A stretch of DNA of 64,000 nt from an uncultured beta proteobacterium (lineage in GTDB: Bacteria > Pseudomonadota > Gammaproteobacteria > Burkholderiales > Burkholderiaceae_F). The position numbers were made by a program, and so were the translations under genes. The DNA is taken from contig CAVTZO010000015.1 in the NCBI GenBank assembly GCA_963739145.1, forward strand, positions 7,335 through 71,334. Direction: 5' to 3'. Below, piece by piece: positions 37,306 through 45,731 of this stretch; within the stretch, counting starts at the first letter, position 1; each line of letters opens with the position of its first letter. Below the pieces are notes generated by a model, which was given only the letters and a program-made list of their open reading frames with translations, was not told where the DNA came from and ran no database searches.

Positions 37306-37713
37306 ATGATCCGAATATTGATTGCTGCCGATCGTCAGATTGTCCGCCAAGGACTCCGGCGCCTGCTGGCCGAGCATAGGGACCTGTCGGTGGCGGCCGA
37401 AACCGGCAACTACGCCGAGACGCTGAGTGCTGTTCAGGCCCACGACATCGACGTTGCAATCGTCGACCTGACGATGTCCGGGTGTGACGGCGTTGAATTG
37501 AGCGATCTTGTCAAGGCGATCAGACCGAACGTGAAGATTCTGTTCCTTTCCGCGTACAGCGAAAAGTCGATCGTGCTGCGAGCGTTACGCGCGCGTGCCG
37601 ACGGCTGCATGGCGAAAGAGAATACGGCCGAGCAGATGATTGCGCTGATTCGCCGCCTTGGAGGTCTGGAGGCGTCTGCGATCCGGCCATGGCTGCGCAC
37701 CCGCATTTCGTGA
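37306..37713 (+). CDS. Stand-alone NarL-type receiver domain protein (no output domain)
   Basis: MIRILIAADRQIVRQGL...DVAIVDLTMSGCDG...KILFLSAY is a receiver domain. The ORF stops about 135 aa in, where LuxR-type regulators would continue into an HTH. Confidence 0.65.
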   Translation: MIRILIAADRQIVRQGLRRLLAEHRDLSVAAETGNYAETLSAVQAHDIDVAIVDLTMSGCDGVELSDLVKAIRPNVKILFLSAYSEKSIVLRALRARADGCMAKENTAEQMIALIRRLGGLEASAIRPWLRTRIS

Positions 37714-37760
37714 CGCCGCCGCCGTAATGCCGAGATTTGCCTGAATGCTGGATTCTGCAC

Positions 37761-38444
37761 ATGCGCCTGTTATTGGTTGAAGACGATTTGATGCTCGGCC
37801 GCGCTTTGAAGGCCGGTTTAAGTCAAGATCGACACGCGACCGACTGGGTCCGGTCGGCTGCTGAGGCCCAGGCCGCCTGGGTCGTCCCGACGCCGGAGAC
37901 CGTTCCGTACGAGGCGGTCATTGTCGACCTCGGGTTGCCGGATGGCAGCGGTGTCGACCTGATTCGAGCGGCCCGCGCGCGTCGCCTCAAGACGCCCGTG
38001 CTGATCGCAACCGCACGCGACCGGATTGCCGACCGGATCCTTGGCCTGGACGCGGGCGCGGATGACTACATGGTCAAGCCGATCGACCTCGACGAGCTGG
38101 CTGCGCGTCTGCGTGCGATCGAGCGCCGTGCCAACGGTCGCGCCGATGAACTGCGGACGTATGGCGCGCTGTCGATCGATGCCACGACCAAGATCGTCAC
38201 CCTGCACGGTGAAAAGATCGATCTCTCGGCACGCGAGTATGCGGTGCTGATGGCATTGGTGCGCCGCCCGGGCGGCATCGTATCGCGAGCGCAGCTTGAA
38301 GAATCGCTGTACGGCTGGGATGCATTGGCTGAAAGCAACGCGGTCGAGGTACACATCCATAACCTGCGGCGCAAGCTGGGTCCATCGACGATACAAAACC
38401 AGCGAGGCCTGGGATATCGCCTGGTCGGGCCAACCCCGCTGTGA
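37761..38444 (+). CDS. OmpR-family response regulator (second QseB/PmrA-like paralogue)
   Basis: MRLLLVEDDLMLGRAL..., with a receiver and a winged helix (SAREYAVLMAL...GLGYRL). Confidence 0.85.
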   Translation: MRLLLVEDDLMLGRALKAGLSQDRHATDWVRSAAEAQAAWVVPTPETVPYEAVIVDLGLPDGSGVDLIRAARARRLKTPVLIATARDRIADRILGLDAGADDYMVKPIDLDELAARLRAIERRANGRADELRTYGALSIDATTKIVTLHGEKIDLSAREYAVLMALVRRPGGIVSRAQLEESLYGWDALAESNAVEVHIHNLRRKLGPSTIQNQRGLGYRLVGPTPL

Positions 38445-39865
38445 GCGCGCGCCCCTGGTCCCTGAGCCGCCGCCTTCTGGTTACCCTAGGCACGGCCACC
38501 CTTCTGGCCTGGTGTAGCAGCAGCATCTGGCTTTACCGCACGGCGCTGGGTCAATCCGATCTGCTTTTCGACGCAGCGCTCGATCAGACGGCGCATGCAG
38601 TGCTTGCGGTCGTGCGCAACGAGGCCAGTGAATTGGCGGACGCCAGTGGCGACGTCGGCGTCGAATTGCCGGCGGTCGATAAGGCCCCGTCCGGTGACAT
38701 CGTCTACCAGGTCCGTGGTCCCGGCGGCGGCGTGGCCTACCGCTCGCCGGGGGCGCCGGCTCTCCCCTTGGCAGTGGCCACGATGCGTGGCTTTTCTGCC
38801 GCCCGTATCGAAGGGCAGGACTTCCGGGTCTTCACCCTGGTAACCGACGATGGGGCTGCCACCATCCATGTCGCACAGCCGCTGACGCGACGGATTGCCT
38901 TGGCCCAGTCCGGGGCAGTGCGACTGCTTGCGCCGGGTGCGGTGCTGATGGTCCTGCTGGCGTTTGCGGTCGTGTGGAGCGTTCGCTCGGCGCTCGCGCC
39001 GCTGGTGCGCTATGCGAGTGTTCTGGATGAACGCGCCGCGGATGCGGAACTGCCGGTACCGGCAAAGGAACTGCCGGCAGAATTGCAGCCGGTCGCGCGC
39101 GCGATCGATGGCCTGCTGGCGCGCGTACGCGAGGCCTTGATTCGCGAAAGAACCCTGACCGCGGACGCCGCCCACGAACTGCGCACGCCGCTTGCGGCCC
39201 TGCGCCTGCAGGCACAAGTCGCGCGTCGCTCCACCGGACCTGCGGAGCGTGCCGCGGCCCTGGATGAATTGCTCGAGGGCACCGACCGCGCGGCGCGAAT
39301 GGTCGACTCCGTGCTGATGCTGGCGCGCTACGACGCCCGTCGCAGCGGCGACCTGATGCAGGCGCGCGTCGACCTTTCGGTGCTGGCAAATCTGGTTGCG
39401 CGCGAGTTTCAACCGCTCGCAAGTCAGCAGGGAACCGATCTGGTGCTGGCGGTTGCCCGTACGGTCGTAATCGGTGATGAGGATGCCTTGGCGATTGCGC
39501 TGCGCAACCTGGTCGCCAACGCGCTGCGCTATGCCCGCGAGGAAATCCGGATCGAAGTCAGGGAAGGTCCGGACGGTGTCTTGCTTGCGGTCCAGGACGA
39601 TGGCGGCGGATTTGCGACCGAGGTTGCGGAGCGCGCGTTCGATCGATTCTTTCGCGGTCCCGACAAGAGCGAAGTGAACGGCGGCACGGGGCTCGGGCTG
39701 GCCCTCGTGCGGCGCATTGCGGACCTTCACCGCGGCTCCGTGCAGATCGTCCCCGGGATCCGCGGCGGCGCGGGTGTGGAGATGCGGCTCCCCTTGGCTT
39801 CGGATCGCGCCGCTTCGGGATTGCTTGCATTGAGGTCACGCGAGACGACTTCTGCGGCTTCCTAG
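38441..39865 (+). CDS. Two-component sensor histidine kinase (second QseC-like paralogue)
   Basis: The GTG overlaps the regulator stop (GTGA). The H-box ADAAHELRTPLAAL and ATPase boxes (DDGGGF, GTGLGLALV) are present. Confidence 0.8.
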   Translation: MSARPWSLSRRLLVTLGTATLLAWCSSSIWLYRTALGQSDLLFDAALDQTAHAVLAVVRNEASELADASGDVGVELPAVDKAPSGDIVYQVRGPGGGVAYRSPGAPALPLAVATMRGFSAARIEGQDFRVFTLVTDDGAATIHVAQPLTRRIALAQSGAVRLLAPGAVLMVLLAFAVVWSVRSALAPLVRYASVLDERAADAELPVPAKELPAELQPVARAIDGLLARVREALIRERTLTADAAHELRTPLAALRLQAQVARRSTGPAERAAALDELLEGTDRAARMVDSVLMLARYDARRSGDLMQARVDLSVLANLVAREFQPLASQQGTDLVLAVARTVVIGDEDALAIALRNLVANALRYAREEIRIEVREGPDGVLLAVQDDGGGFATEVAERAFDRFFRGPDKSEVNGGTGLGLALVRRIADLHRGSVQIVPGIRGGAGVEMRLPLASDRAASGLLALRSRETTSAAS

Positions 39866-39939
39866 TCTGAATTGCATCGCAGCATGACATGCCGCGAGCG
39901 TTGTTCAAAGAACCGATCCGGTTGCCGGGGAGAGGGCTT

Positions 39940-40281
39940 ATGCGAGGCGTCTGTTGGTTGCTGCTGCTTGCAGCCGGGTCGGCCGTATGTGCGGAGCCGG
40001 CGGCGCCTGTGGAGCCGGAATTCACGATCCACATCCGAACGCATCAGTTCGAGCCGGCCGAATTGAAGGTGCCGGCCGGCGTGAAGCTGCGGATCGTGGT
40101 GCAGAACGACGACGACGTCGCCGACGAGTTCGACAGCTACGCGCTGCATCGGGAAAAGCACGTCCCGCCCAAGTCGAAGGCGACGCTGTTCCTCGGGCCG
40201 CTCGAGCCGGGGCGCTACCCCTTCAAGGGAGAAGAGCACAACGGCTCTGGGATCGCGAGCGGGCTGCTGATTGTCCAATGA
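39940..40281 (+). CDS. Periplasmic cupredoxin-fold protein
   Basis: The ATG at 39940 follows GGGGAGAGGG and gives the signal peptide MRGVCWLLLLAAGSAVCA. FEPAELKVPAGVKLRIVVQNDDD...YPFKGEEH resembles EfeO-N / cupredoxin_1-type domains. Confidence 0.55.
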   Translation: MRGVCWLLLLAAGSAVCAEPAAPVEPEFTIHIRTHQFEPAELKVPAGVKLRIVVQNDDDVADEFDSYALHREKHVPPKSKATLFLGPLEPGRYPFKGEEHNGSGIASGLLIVQ

Positions 40282-40345
40282 GCAGGCAGCGCCATCGGCG
40301 CCCGCGTGCCGTCTGCTGAGCCCGATCGGATCGAGGAGGGCGTTC

Positions 40346-41089
40346 GTGTCTGCCCGTCCCTTGCGAGGAGCGCTGTGCGTCGCGCTGGCCCTGGCCTGCC
40401 GGACCGTGCGGGCCGACCCGAACGACTACATCCTGACGCCGACCGTAACGCAGGGCGAGCGGGAACTGGACTTGAAGTTTGGCGTCGGCTCGCGCGGGCC
40501 GCGCATCGATGTCGCACGCGCCGCCGGCCTGGGCTTCGGATACGGCGTGACCGGCACGTGGTTCACGGAGGCGACCGTCCAGTACGTGCGGGAGAACAAC
40601 ACCGGCACGCGCTGGGACGGAATCGAATGGGAGAACGTGCTGCAGGTGTCGGAGCCCGGTGAATGGCCGGTGGACGTCGGGGTCGCCGCCGAGGTGGAGA
40701 AGATGCATGACCCGGCGGAGGGCTGGAACGTCCGGCTCGGCCCGCTGCTGCAGAAGGACTTCGGCAAGGTGCAGGCCAACCTGAACCTGCTGCTGCGGCA
40801 CCGGTACGCAGGCGAAGCCCAGCAGCGGATGCGGGTGGACTACCAGTTCCAGCTCAAGTACCTCTACCGCGAGCCGTTCGAGTTCGGGCTGCAGGGCTTC
40901 AGCGAGCTAAGGCCCTGGGACGGCTGGGCGAGCTCGGACCGGCAATACCTCAGGGTCGGGCCGATGGTGTCCGGGGCACTGCCGCTTGGCAACGCGCGCG
41001 GGCTCCTCTACAACGCCGGTCTGCTGTTCGGAGCGGCGGGCAAATCCTACGACCGCACGCTTCGCCTGCAGATCGAGTACGAATTTTGA
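40346..41089 (+). CDS. Predicted outer-membrane beta-barrel protein
   Basis: GTG at 40346 follows AGGAGG and gives a signal peptide (...ALALACRTVRA). The sequence shows alternating amphipathic strands and a C-terminal ...LRLQIEYEF ending in Phe. Confidence 0.45.
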   Translation: MSARPLRGALCVALALACRTVRADPNDYILTPTVTQGERELDLKFGVGSRGPRIDVARAAGLGFGYGVTGTWFTEATVQYVRENNTGTRWDGIEWENVLQVSEPGEWPVDVGVAAEVEKMHDPAEGWNVRLGPLLQKDFGKVQANLNLLLRHRYAGEAQQRMRVDYQFQLKYLYREPFEFGLQGFSELRPWDGWASSDRQYLRVGPMVSGALPLGNARGLLYNAGLLFGAAGKSYDRTLRLQIEYEF

Positions 41090-41090
41090 T

Positions 41091-41435
41091 TCAGGTCTTC
41101 GCCGAGGTGCTGTCCACGAAGGACGCTAAGGTGCTGTCCACGAAGGGCGCCGAGGTGCTGTCCGCGAAGGACTCGGATTCGTGCGAGGGGAGCCTGTGTG
41201 CGGCGATGACTGCAGGCAGTACGCTGGCGATGAGGCCGGCTACCAGGTTGAACAGAACCACTTCGATTCCGATCAGGATAAAGCGCGCTCTGACGGAACT
41301 GTCATCCGAAAGCAGATAACCAGAAGCCACCACGATCAGGGTGACCAGCATGGCGACGAGCGCAAGAAATTCTTCGAATGCAAGAGTCCGATGGCATGGC
41401 TTCAATAAAGACTGGGAGCTGGCGTCCTGCGTCAT
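41091..41435 (-). CDS. Small two-TM membrane protein with a repetitive C-terminal tail, paralogue of 36766..37041
   Basis: GGAGG lies upstream of the ATG at 41435. The tail FADSTSAP-FVDSTLAS-FVDSTSAK is encoded by 3 x 24-bp tandem repeats (41104-41175). Confidence 0.4.
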   Translation of the reverse strand: MTQDASSQSLLKPCHRTLAFEEFLALVAMLVTLIVVASGYLLSDDSSVRARFILIGIEVVLFNLVAGLIASVLPAVIAAHRLPSHESESFADSTSAPFVDSTLASFVDSTSAKT

Positions 41436-41521
41436 GTGAGCCTCCGTGGGAATGAACCTGTTGAACACGGTGCTCACTTTGCGCGCGGATACTGAATACG
41501 ATCTGAAGCGACCGTGCCGAC

Positions 41522-41541
41522 GTTCAGCACCGGTTCAGTTT
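41522..41541 (+). promoter_or_regulatory. Second copy of the GTTCAG-N5-GTTCAG-TTT box
   Basis: GTTCAGCACCGGTTCAGTTT matches the 36684 box at 18 of 20 positions. Confidence 0.3.
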
Positions 41542-41745
41542 CGACGTCCTGAAATTACGCGATTTGGCGATGCTCGATGCATTAGGCGCTGGCGCCCTTG
41601 CGTTCATGGCCTTCGACTCGTCGCGGAGGCTGCGATGCAGGGCACTGAAGCACGATTTGGGTTTCCCTCGCTTCCGCGGGCAGTTTGCCAAGCCCGCTTT
41701 TCGCAAACTTAATGTTCGGTGTCGGGGAGAGACGAGGTCCGGTCA

Positions 41746-41848
41746 GGGTCGTCCAGAGGCATAGACCGGAACATTTACGCCGCCGCGAAGCCGACGTAGC
41801 ATCTGGACCGCTGCGAAGCCGACCATCGCGGACGGCTCTGGTCGGCCA
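41746..41848 (+). repeat. 103-bp repeat, copy A
   Basis: GGGTCGTCCAGAGGC...GGCTCTGGTCGGCCA. It has one mismatch to copy B. Confidence 0.9.
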
Positions 41849-42152
41849 CGAACGGTCATCTGCCCATGCCCGCTTTCTGTACGTTCGGCTAAAGCTATCT
41901 GGCGCAACCGGACACACGCCCGATCAGGCGCCTCAGCGATCGCCCAGTTGCTTCTCCAAGCGAGCGACGGCCACCTCGAGAGCAGCAAGACGATCCAGTA
42001 CGTAGTCGTAGTGTCCGGAGTCCATATTCATAACGACGCCGGCAGCGCTTTCCCAGAGAGGGCAACCTTTGCTGCCACCGTCCTCAGATTGCTGGGCGGC
42101 GTGTCGGTCGTGGACCGGCGGCTGCGGAATTCCTCGGTCATGATGCAGCTCC

Positions 42153-42959
42153 TCATCCGATACCGAACTCCTTGCGCAAGCTCGCGTCCACGGGACCGGC
42201 TGGCATAAAGCGCCGCAGCTTGCTCAACAGCGAAGCCTTTCCCGCCGGTGGGCGCCGCATGCGCCACGGCCCGAATGCGGCATCGACAATCGCGTCAACC
42301 ACGCCATCGGCTTCAGGCGCATTGCGAATTTGTCTGGCGATGCTTTGCATCGCTCGGCCTCGCTCGGCGTCATAAGCGGCAACTTGCGATGCCGCGTGCG
42401 GAGAATTCGTGTCCAGGCTGGTGCGAGTGAAGGACGGTTCGACCAGAACCGCCCGGACGCCGAACTGCCTCACTTCATGGTCCAAAGACTCGGACAGGCC
42501 TTCGATCGCATGCTTGGAGGCGGCATACACGCCCATGTATGGCGCCGGCAGAAAGCCCAGCACCGAACTGACGTTGATAATCCGTCCCGAGCGCTGGGCA
42601 CGCATGGACGGCAGGACCTCTTTGATTACCCGCAGTATGCCGAGCACGTTCGTATCGAAGAGCTCGGCGGCTTCCTGGGCCGAAGTTTCCTCCACGGCGC
42701 CGAGAAGCGCCGTTCCTGCATTGTTCACCAGTACATCAATGCGCTCGGCCTGCCCGAGTATTGCCGCGACAGCACGTCGGACGGAGGCTTCGTCGCGCAG
42801 GTCCATCTCCACCAGATCGACGCCAGGCAAAGGCTGCGTCTTCGCGGCGCTGCGCACGGTGCCGAAGACACGGCACCCCCGCTTGGCGAACTTATCTGCT
42901 GCCGCGCGGCCGATGCCCGACGACACGCCCGTAACAACGACCACTGTTGACTGTGACAT
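42153..42959 (-). CDS. Short-chain dehydrogenase/reductase
   Basis: [14 protein letters not shown] and YAASK motifs are present. Confidence 0.8.
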   Translation of the reverse strand: MSQSTVVVVTGVSSGIGRAAADKFAKRGCRVFGTVRSAAKTQPLPGVDLVEMDLRDEASVRRAVAAILGQAERIDVLVNNAGTALLGAVEETSAQEAAELFDTNVLGILRVIKEVLPSMRAQRSGRIINVSSVLGFLPAPYMGVYAASKHAIEGLSESLDHEVRQFGVRAVLVEPSFTRTSLDTNSPHAASQVAAYDAERGRAMQSIARQIRNAPEADGVVDAIVDAAFGPWRMRRPPAGKASLLSKLRRFMPAGPVDASLRKEFGIG

Positions 42960-43100
42960 AAGAATCTCCGTAGAACTGCTTCAATCGATGAGTGCGACCG
43001 CAACAATATTATTACCATAATATAAAGAGCCCTGCTATATGGCAAGCTTCTTTTGTCACTTTCGTAGTATTATGGCCGTAAGGCTACGGCGTGGATAGCG

Positions 43101-43703
43101 GTGGGAATCGCCGAGAGAGTCATGCGATACGACGCGGAACACAAACAGCGCACCAAGGAACGTGTGTTGCACGAAGCGGCGCAGGCCATCCGGCAGTTCG
43201 GGCCCGATAAGATCGGGGTCGCGGGTCTGATGGCCAAGGCGGGGCTCACGGTGGGCGGCTTCTATGCCCACTTCAAGTCGAAGGATGATCTGATTACACA
43301 GGCGATCTCGCACATGTTTGACGAGCGTGCGCAAGTCTTTCAAGGCTGCATGAAGGGCGTGGAGCCCGCGGAGGCGCTGAGAAGCTTCGTCGATATCTAC
43401 CTCAGTGCACAGCATCGCGACAGGCGGGAAAGAGGGTGTCCGCTGCCGGCGCTTTCGGGCGATCTGGCGCGCATGCCCGCCGTGGCGAGGAAGCGCTTCG
43501 AGGCCGGCGTGAGGCGGATGACCGACTCGATAGCGGATTTGCTGAATCAGATGGGGCGGCCGGCACCGGATGAGCTTGCCGCCTCGGTCGTGTCCGAAAT
43601 GGTCGGTGCCATCGTTCTGGCGCGCGCGGTAACCAGCGCCGAGTTGTCGGCGCGGATTCTCGAAGGCGCCCGTGACCACATAAGGCGACGCGCCAATCTA
43701 TAG
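43101..43703 (+). CDS. TetR-family transcriptional regulator (start 43101 GTG or 43122 ATG)
   Basis: N-terminal HTH (RVLHEAAQAIRQFGPDKIGVAGLMAKAGLTVGGFYAHFKSKDDL). The gene is divergent from the SDR gene. Confidence 0.8.
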   Translation: MGIAERVMRYDAEHKQRTKERVLHEAAQAIRQFGPDKIGVAGLMAKAGLTVGGFYAHFKSKDDLITQAISHMFDERAQVFQGCMKGVEPAEALRSFVDIYLSAQHRDRRERGCPLPALSGDLARMPAVARKRFEAGVRRMTDSIADLLNQMGRPAPDELAASVVSEMVGAIVLARAVTSAELSARILEGARDHIRRRANL

Positions 43704-43776
43704 TCGATACGCGCGCAATCGTCAGGCCTGTGAATCGCGATCGGGCACTTGACACACACATGTATATGCATGGAAC

Positions 43777-44214
43777 ATGCATTCCATGGGACTCCTGTCT
43801 CTTCCTTGCTACTGCGCAACGCTTCGGCAGGCCGCCCGGGCGGTCACGGTGCTTTACGAGGAAATGCTTGCCGATAGCGGCCTCCATGCCACGCAATACA
43901 CGGCGCTGCAGCTCCTCGACTCGGTGCCGAACGTGACGACAACGGAATTGGCAGAGGCTCTCGGCGTTGACCAGACAACGGCGACGCGGACGCTGGCGCT
44001 GATCAAGAAGGCGCACCTGGCCAGCGATACCGTGGGTCCTGACCGCCGGCAGCGCCACTGGGCTCTCAGTGCCCAAGGCCAAGCACTACTGACGAAGCTG
44101 AAGCCCCGCTGGGAGGCCGCGCAGGAAGCCTTCGAGAAACGGTTGGGACGAGCGGAAGCGGTGGCTCTGAAGAAGGCATCGTATCTCGCGGCCCGCAAGC
44201 TCGCATCGCGTTGA
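43777..44214 (+). CDS. MarR-family transcriptional regulator
   Basis: Winged-helix pattern (LHATQYTALQLL...TTTELAEALGVDQTTATRTL). Confidence 0.8.
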   Translation: MHSMGLLSLPCYCATLRQAARAVTVLYEEMLADSGLHATQYTALQLLDSVPNVTTTELAEALGVDQTTATRTLALIKKAHLASDTVGPDRRQRHWALSAQGQALLTKLKPRWEAAQEAFEKRLGRAEAVALKKASYLAARKLASR

Positions 44215-44365
44215 GTCTTCTCACGTCGCTTCTGCCCAACGGCGCTATCGGCTTTTTCCTCATGTTGACGTCAAAGGCAGTATGGCTTGCTTCATGCACA
44301 GGAACTCCGCTTCTTGCTTTCGCATTCGGTCCGAGCAACGCGGTCGCGGGTTGATCGAAAATCAC

Positions 44366-44420
44366 TTGACAAGGTACCCATCGGTACCGTAGGATGCTCT
44401 CGTTGGTACCGATGGGTACC
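44366..44420 (+). promoter_or_regulatory. Promoter with embedded operator: TTGACA-N-GGTACCCATCGGTACC-N-TAGGAT, plus an inverted box 16 bp downstream
   Basis: -35 at 44366-44371, box at 44373-44388, -10 at 44390-44395, second box GGTACCGATGGGTACC at 44405-44420. AGGAGA and the ATG at 44443 follow. Confidence 0.5.
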
Positions 44421-44442
44421 TAAATCAACCTAGGAGAGCATC

Positions 44443-44808
44443 ATGAACATCTTTGATCGCGCCATCTCGTCGCCGCTGCGTACCGGCTTGTTCTTCGCTC
44501 TGTCCGCCACGGCAGCCGCCAGCGCTCTCGCCGGCACGGGATCCACCGATCTCTACGCACCCAACGGAATCACCGCCTCGTTCGCGCCGTCCTCGGCCAC
44601 GCCGGTTGTGGCGTATAGCCCCAATGGATCGACCGATCTGTACGGCGCGAACGGCTTTCGCGCCTCGTTCGGGCCAGCCGATTCCTCCCCGCGAGTGGCG
44701 GAGGTGTCGCGCAATAGCTCCACCGACATGTACGCGGTCGACGGTTTTCGCGTCTCGTTCGGGGCGCCAAGTTCTGCTGCCGCGAGCGAGCTGACTGTTT
44801 CGCAGTGA
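44443..44808 (+). CDS. Secreted protein with three ~30-aa tandem repeats (STDLY-x3-G-x3-SF core)
   Basis: Signal peptide ...ATAAASALA|GT, then the repeats GSTDLYAPNGITASFAP..., GSTDLYGANGFRASFGP... and SSTDMYAVDGFRVSFGA... It has a good RBS and a promoter. No family recognised. Confidence 0.5.
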   Translation: MNIFDRAISSPLRTGLFFALSATAAASALAGTGSTDLYAPNGITASFAPSSATPVVAYSPNGSTDLYGANGFRASFGPADSSPRVAEVSRNSSTDMYAVDGFRVSFGAPSSAAASELTVSQ

Positions 44809-44861
44809 AACCGGCAGTTCGTGTGAACGCCGAACTCGTGGCTTAGGGGCCCTCACGGGCC

Positions 44862-45020
44862 CCGCCACCCGCTCCAGCTTCAGCCGCTCGCACAGCAGGC
44901 TGATCCGCTCATGCTGCCGGTTCATGCCGCCACCTCCAGCAACTCGTCGCATACCGCCAGATGATGTTGCAGCGGCTCGGTCGGCCGGCGCCGGGGAGGC
45001 GGATAACGGCCGCTGCTGGG
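44862..45020 (-). mobile_element. Relic of an IS21-family element (istA 3' end / istB 5' start junction)
   Basis: The minus strand reads ...LAVCDELLEVAA* overlapping (ATGA) MNRQHERISLLCERLKLE..., which is the typical IstA-end/IstB-start arrangement. Only about 150 bp remain. Confidence 0.4.
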
Positions 45021-45023
45021 CGA

Positions 45024-45719
45024 TCAAGCGGCCTTCCGACGGCCCTCTGTCCGCGGCACCGCGTGGGCCTTCGCGTCGCTGGCCGCAAAAAGCTTCAGAA
45101 ATGCTTCGGTTGCTTCAGTCGCGCGCCGACGGATCTCGGCGGGGCTTGGTCTCTTGGCGAGCCCCAGCGCCAGGGTCAGAACCACATCCTCGAGCAGGAG
45201 CGCCATGTACCGGCTGACCATTCGTTCGGGATCAGTTTGATCGAATACGCCGGCCGATTGCGCACTTTCCAAAATCTCGCGCAATGCGGTGCGGGCGGCC
45301 TGGCGCCCGCGCGATTGCAGCGCCTGTGCCACCTGTGGCGAGCGATCGGCCTCGGCGATCGCCAAACGGAACGTCGCGATCACATCGGGATCGGTGATTT
45401 CGTGCAGCAGTACGGATCCAAACTTGACGAGGCTCTGCTCCAGGTCCTTTCGGCTGCGAGGCACCGGCCACTCCGGCGGCAGCCGCATGCGCTCGCCGCG
45501 CTCGCCGATGCAGGCCACCAGCATCTGTTGCTTGTTTCCGAACAGCGAATACAGCTCGCGCTTCGAGACCCGGGCGCGAGTCGCGATCTCGAGCGTGCTC
45601 GTTTGCGCGTATCCGTGTGTCGTAAACGCACCGAAGGCGGCCGAGAGTATCCGGTCGCGGATCGATTCACCCGCGCTGACTGGCAGCTCCATCGCCCCGA
45701 CTTGCTTCTGCTCGTTCAT
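45024..45719 (-). CDS. TetR-family transcriptional regulator (candidate repressor of the GGTACC-box promoters)
   Basis: The ATG at 45719 follows GAGGTGA. HTH (RILSAAFGAFTTHGYAQTSTLEIATRARVSKRELYSLFGNKQ). Its start lies 13 bp from the operator-bearing promoter. Confidence 0.8.
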   Translation of the reverse strand: MNEQKQVGAMELPVSAGESIRDRILSAAFGAFTTHGYAQTSTLEIATRARVSKRELYSLFGNKQQMLVACIGERGERMRLPPEWPVPRSRKDLEQSLVKFGSVLLHEITDPDVIATFRLAIAEADRSPQVAQALQSRGRQAARTALREILESAQSAGVFDQTDPERMVSRYMALLLEDVVLTLALGLAKRPSPAEIRRRATEATEAFLKLFAASDAKAHAVPRTEGRRKAA

Positions 45720-45731
45720 TGGTCTCACCTC

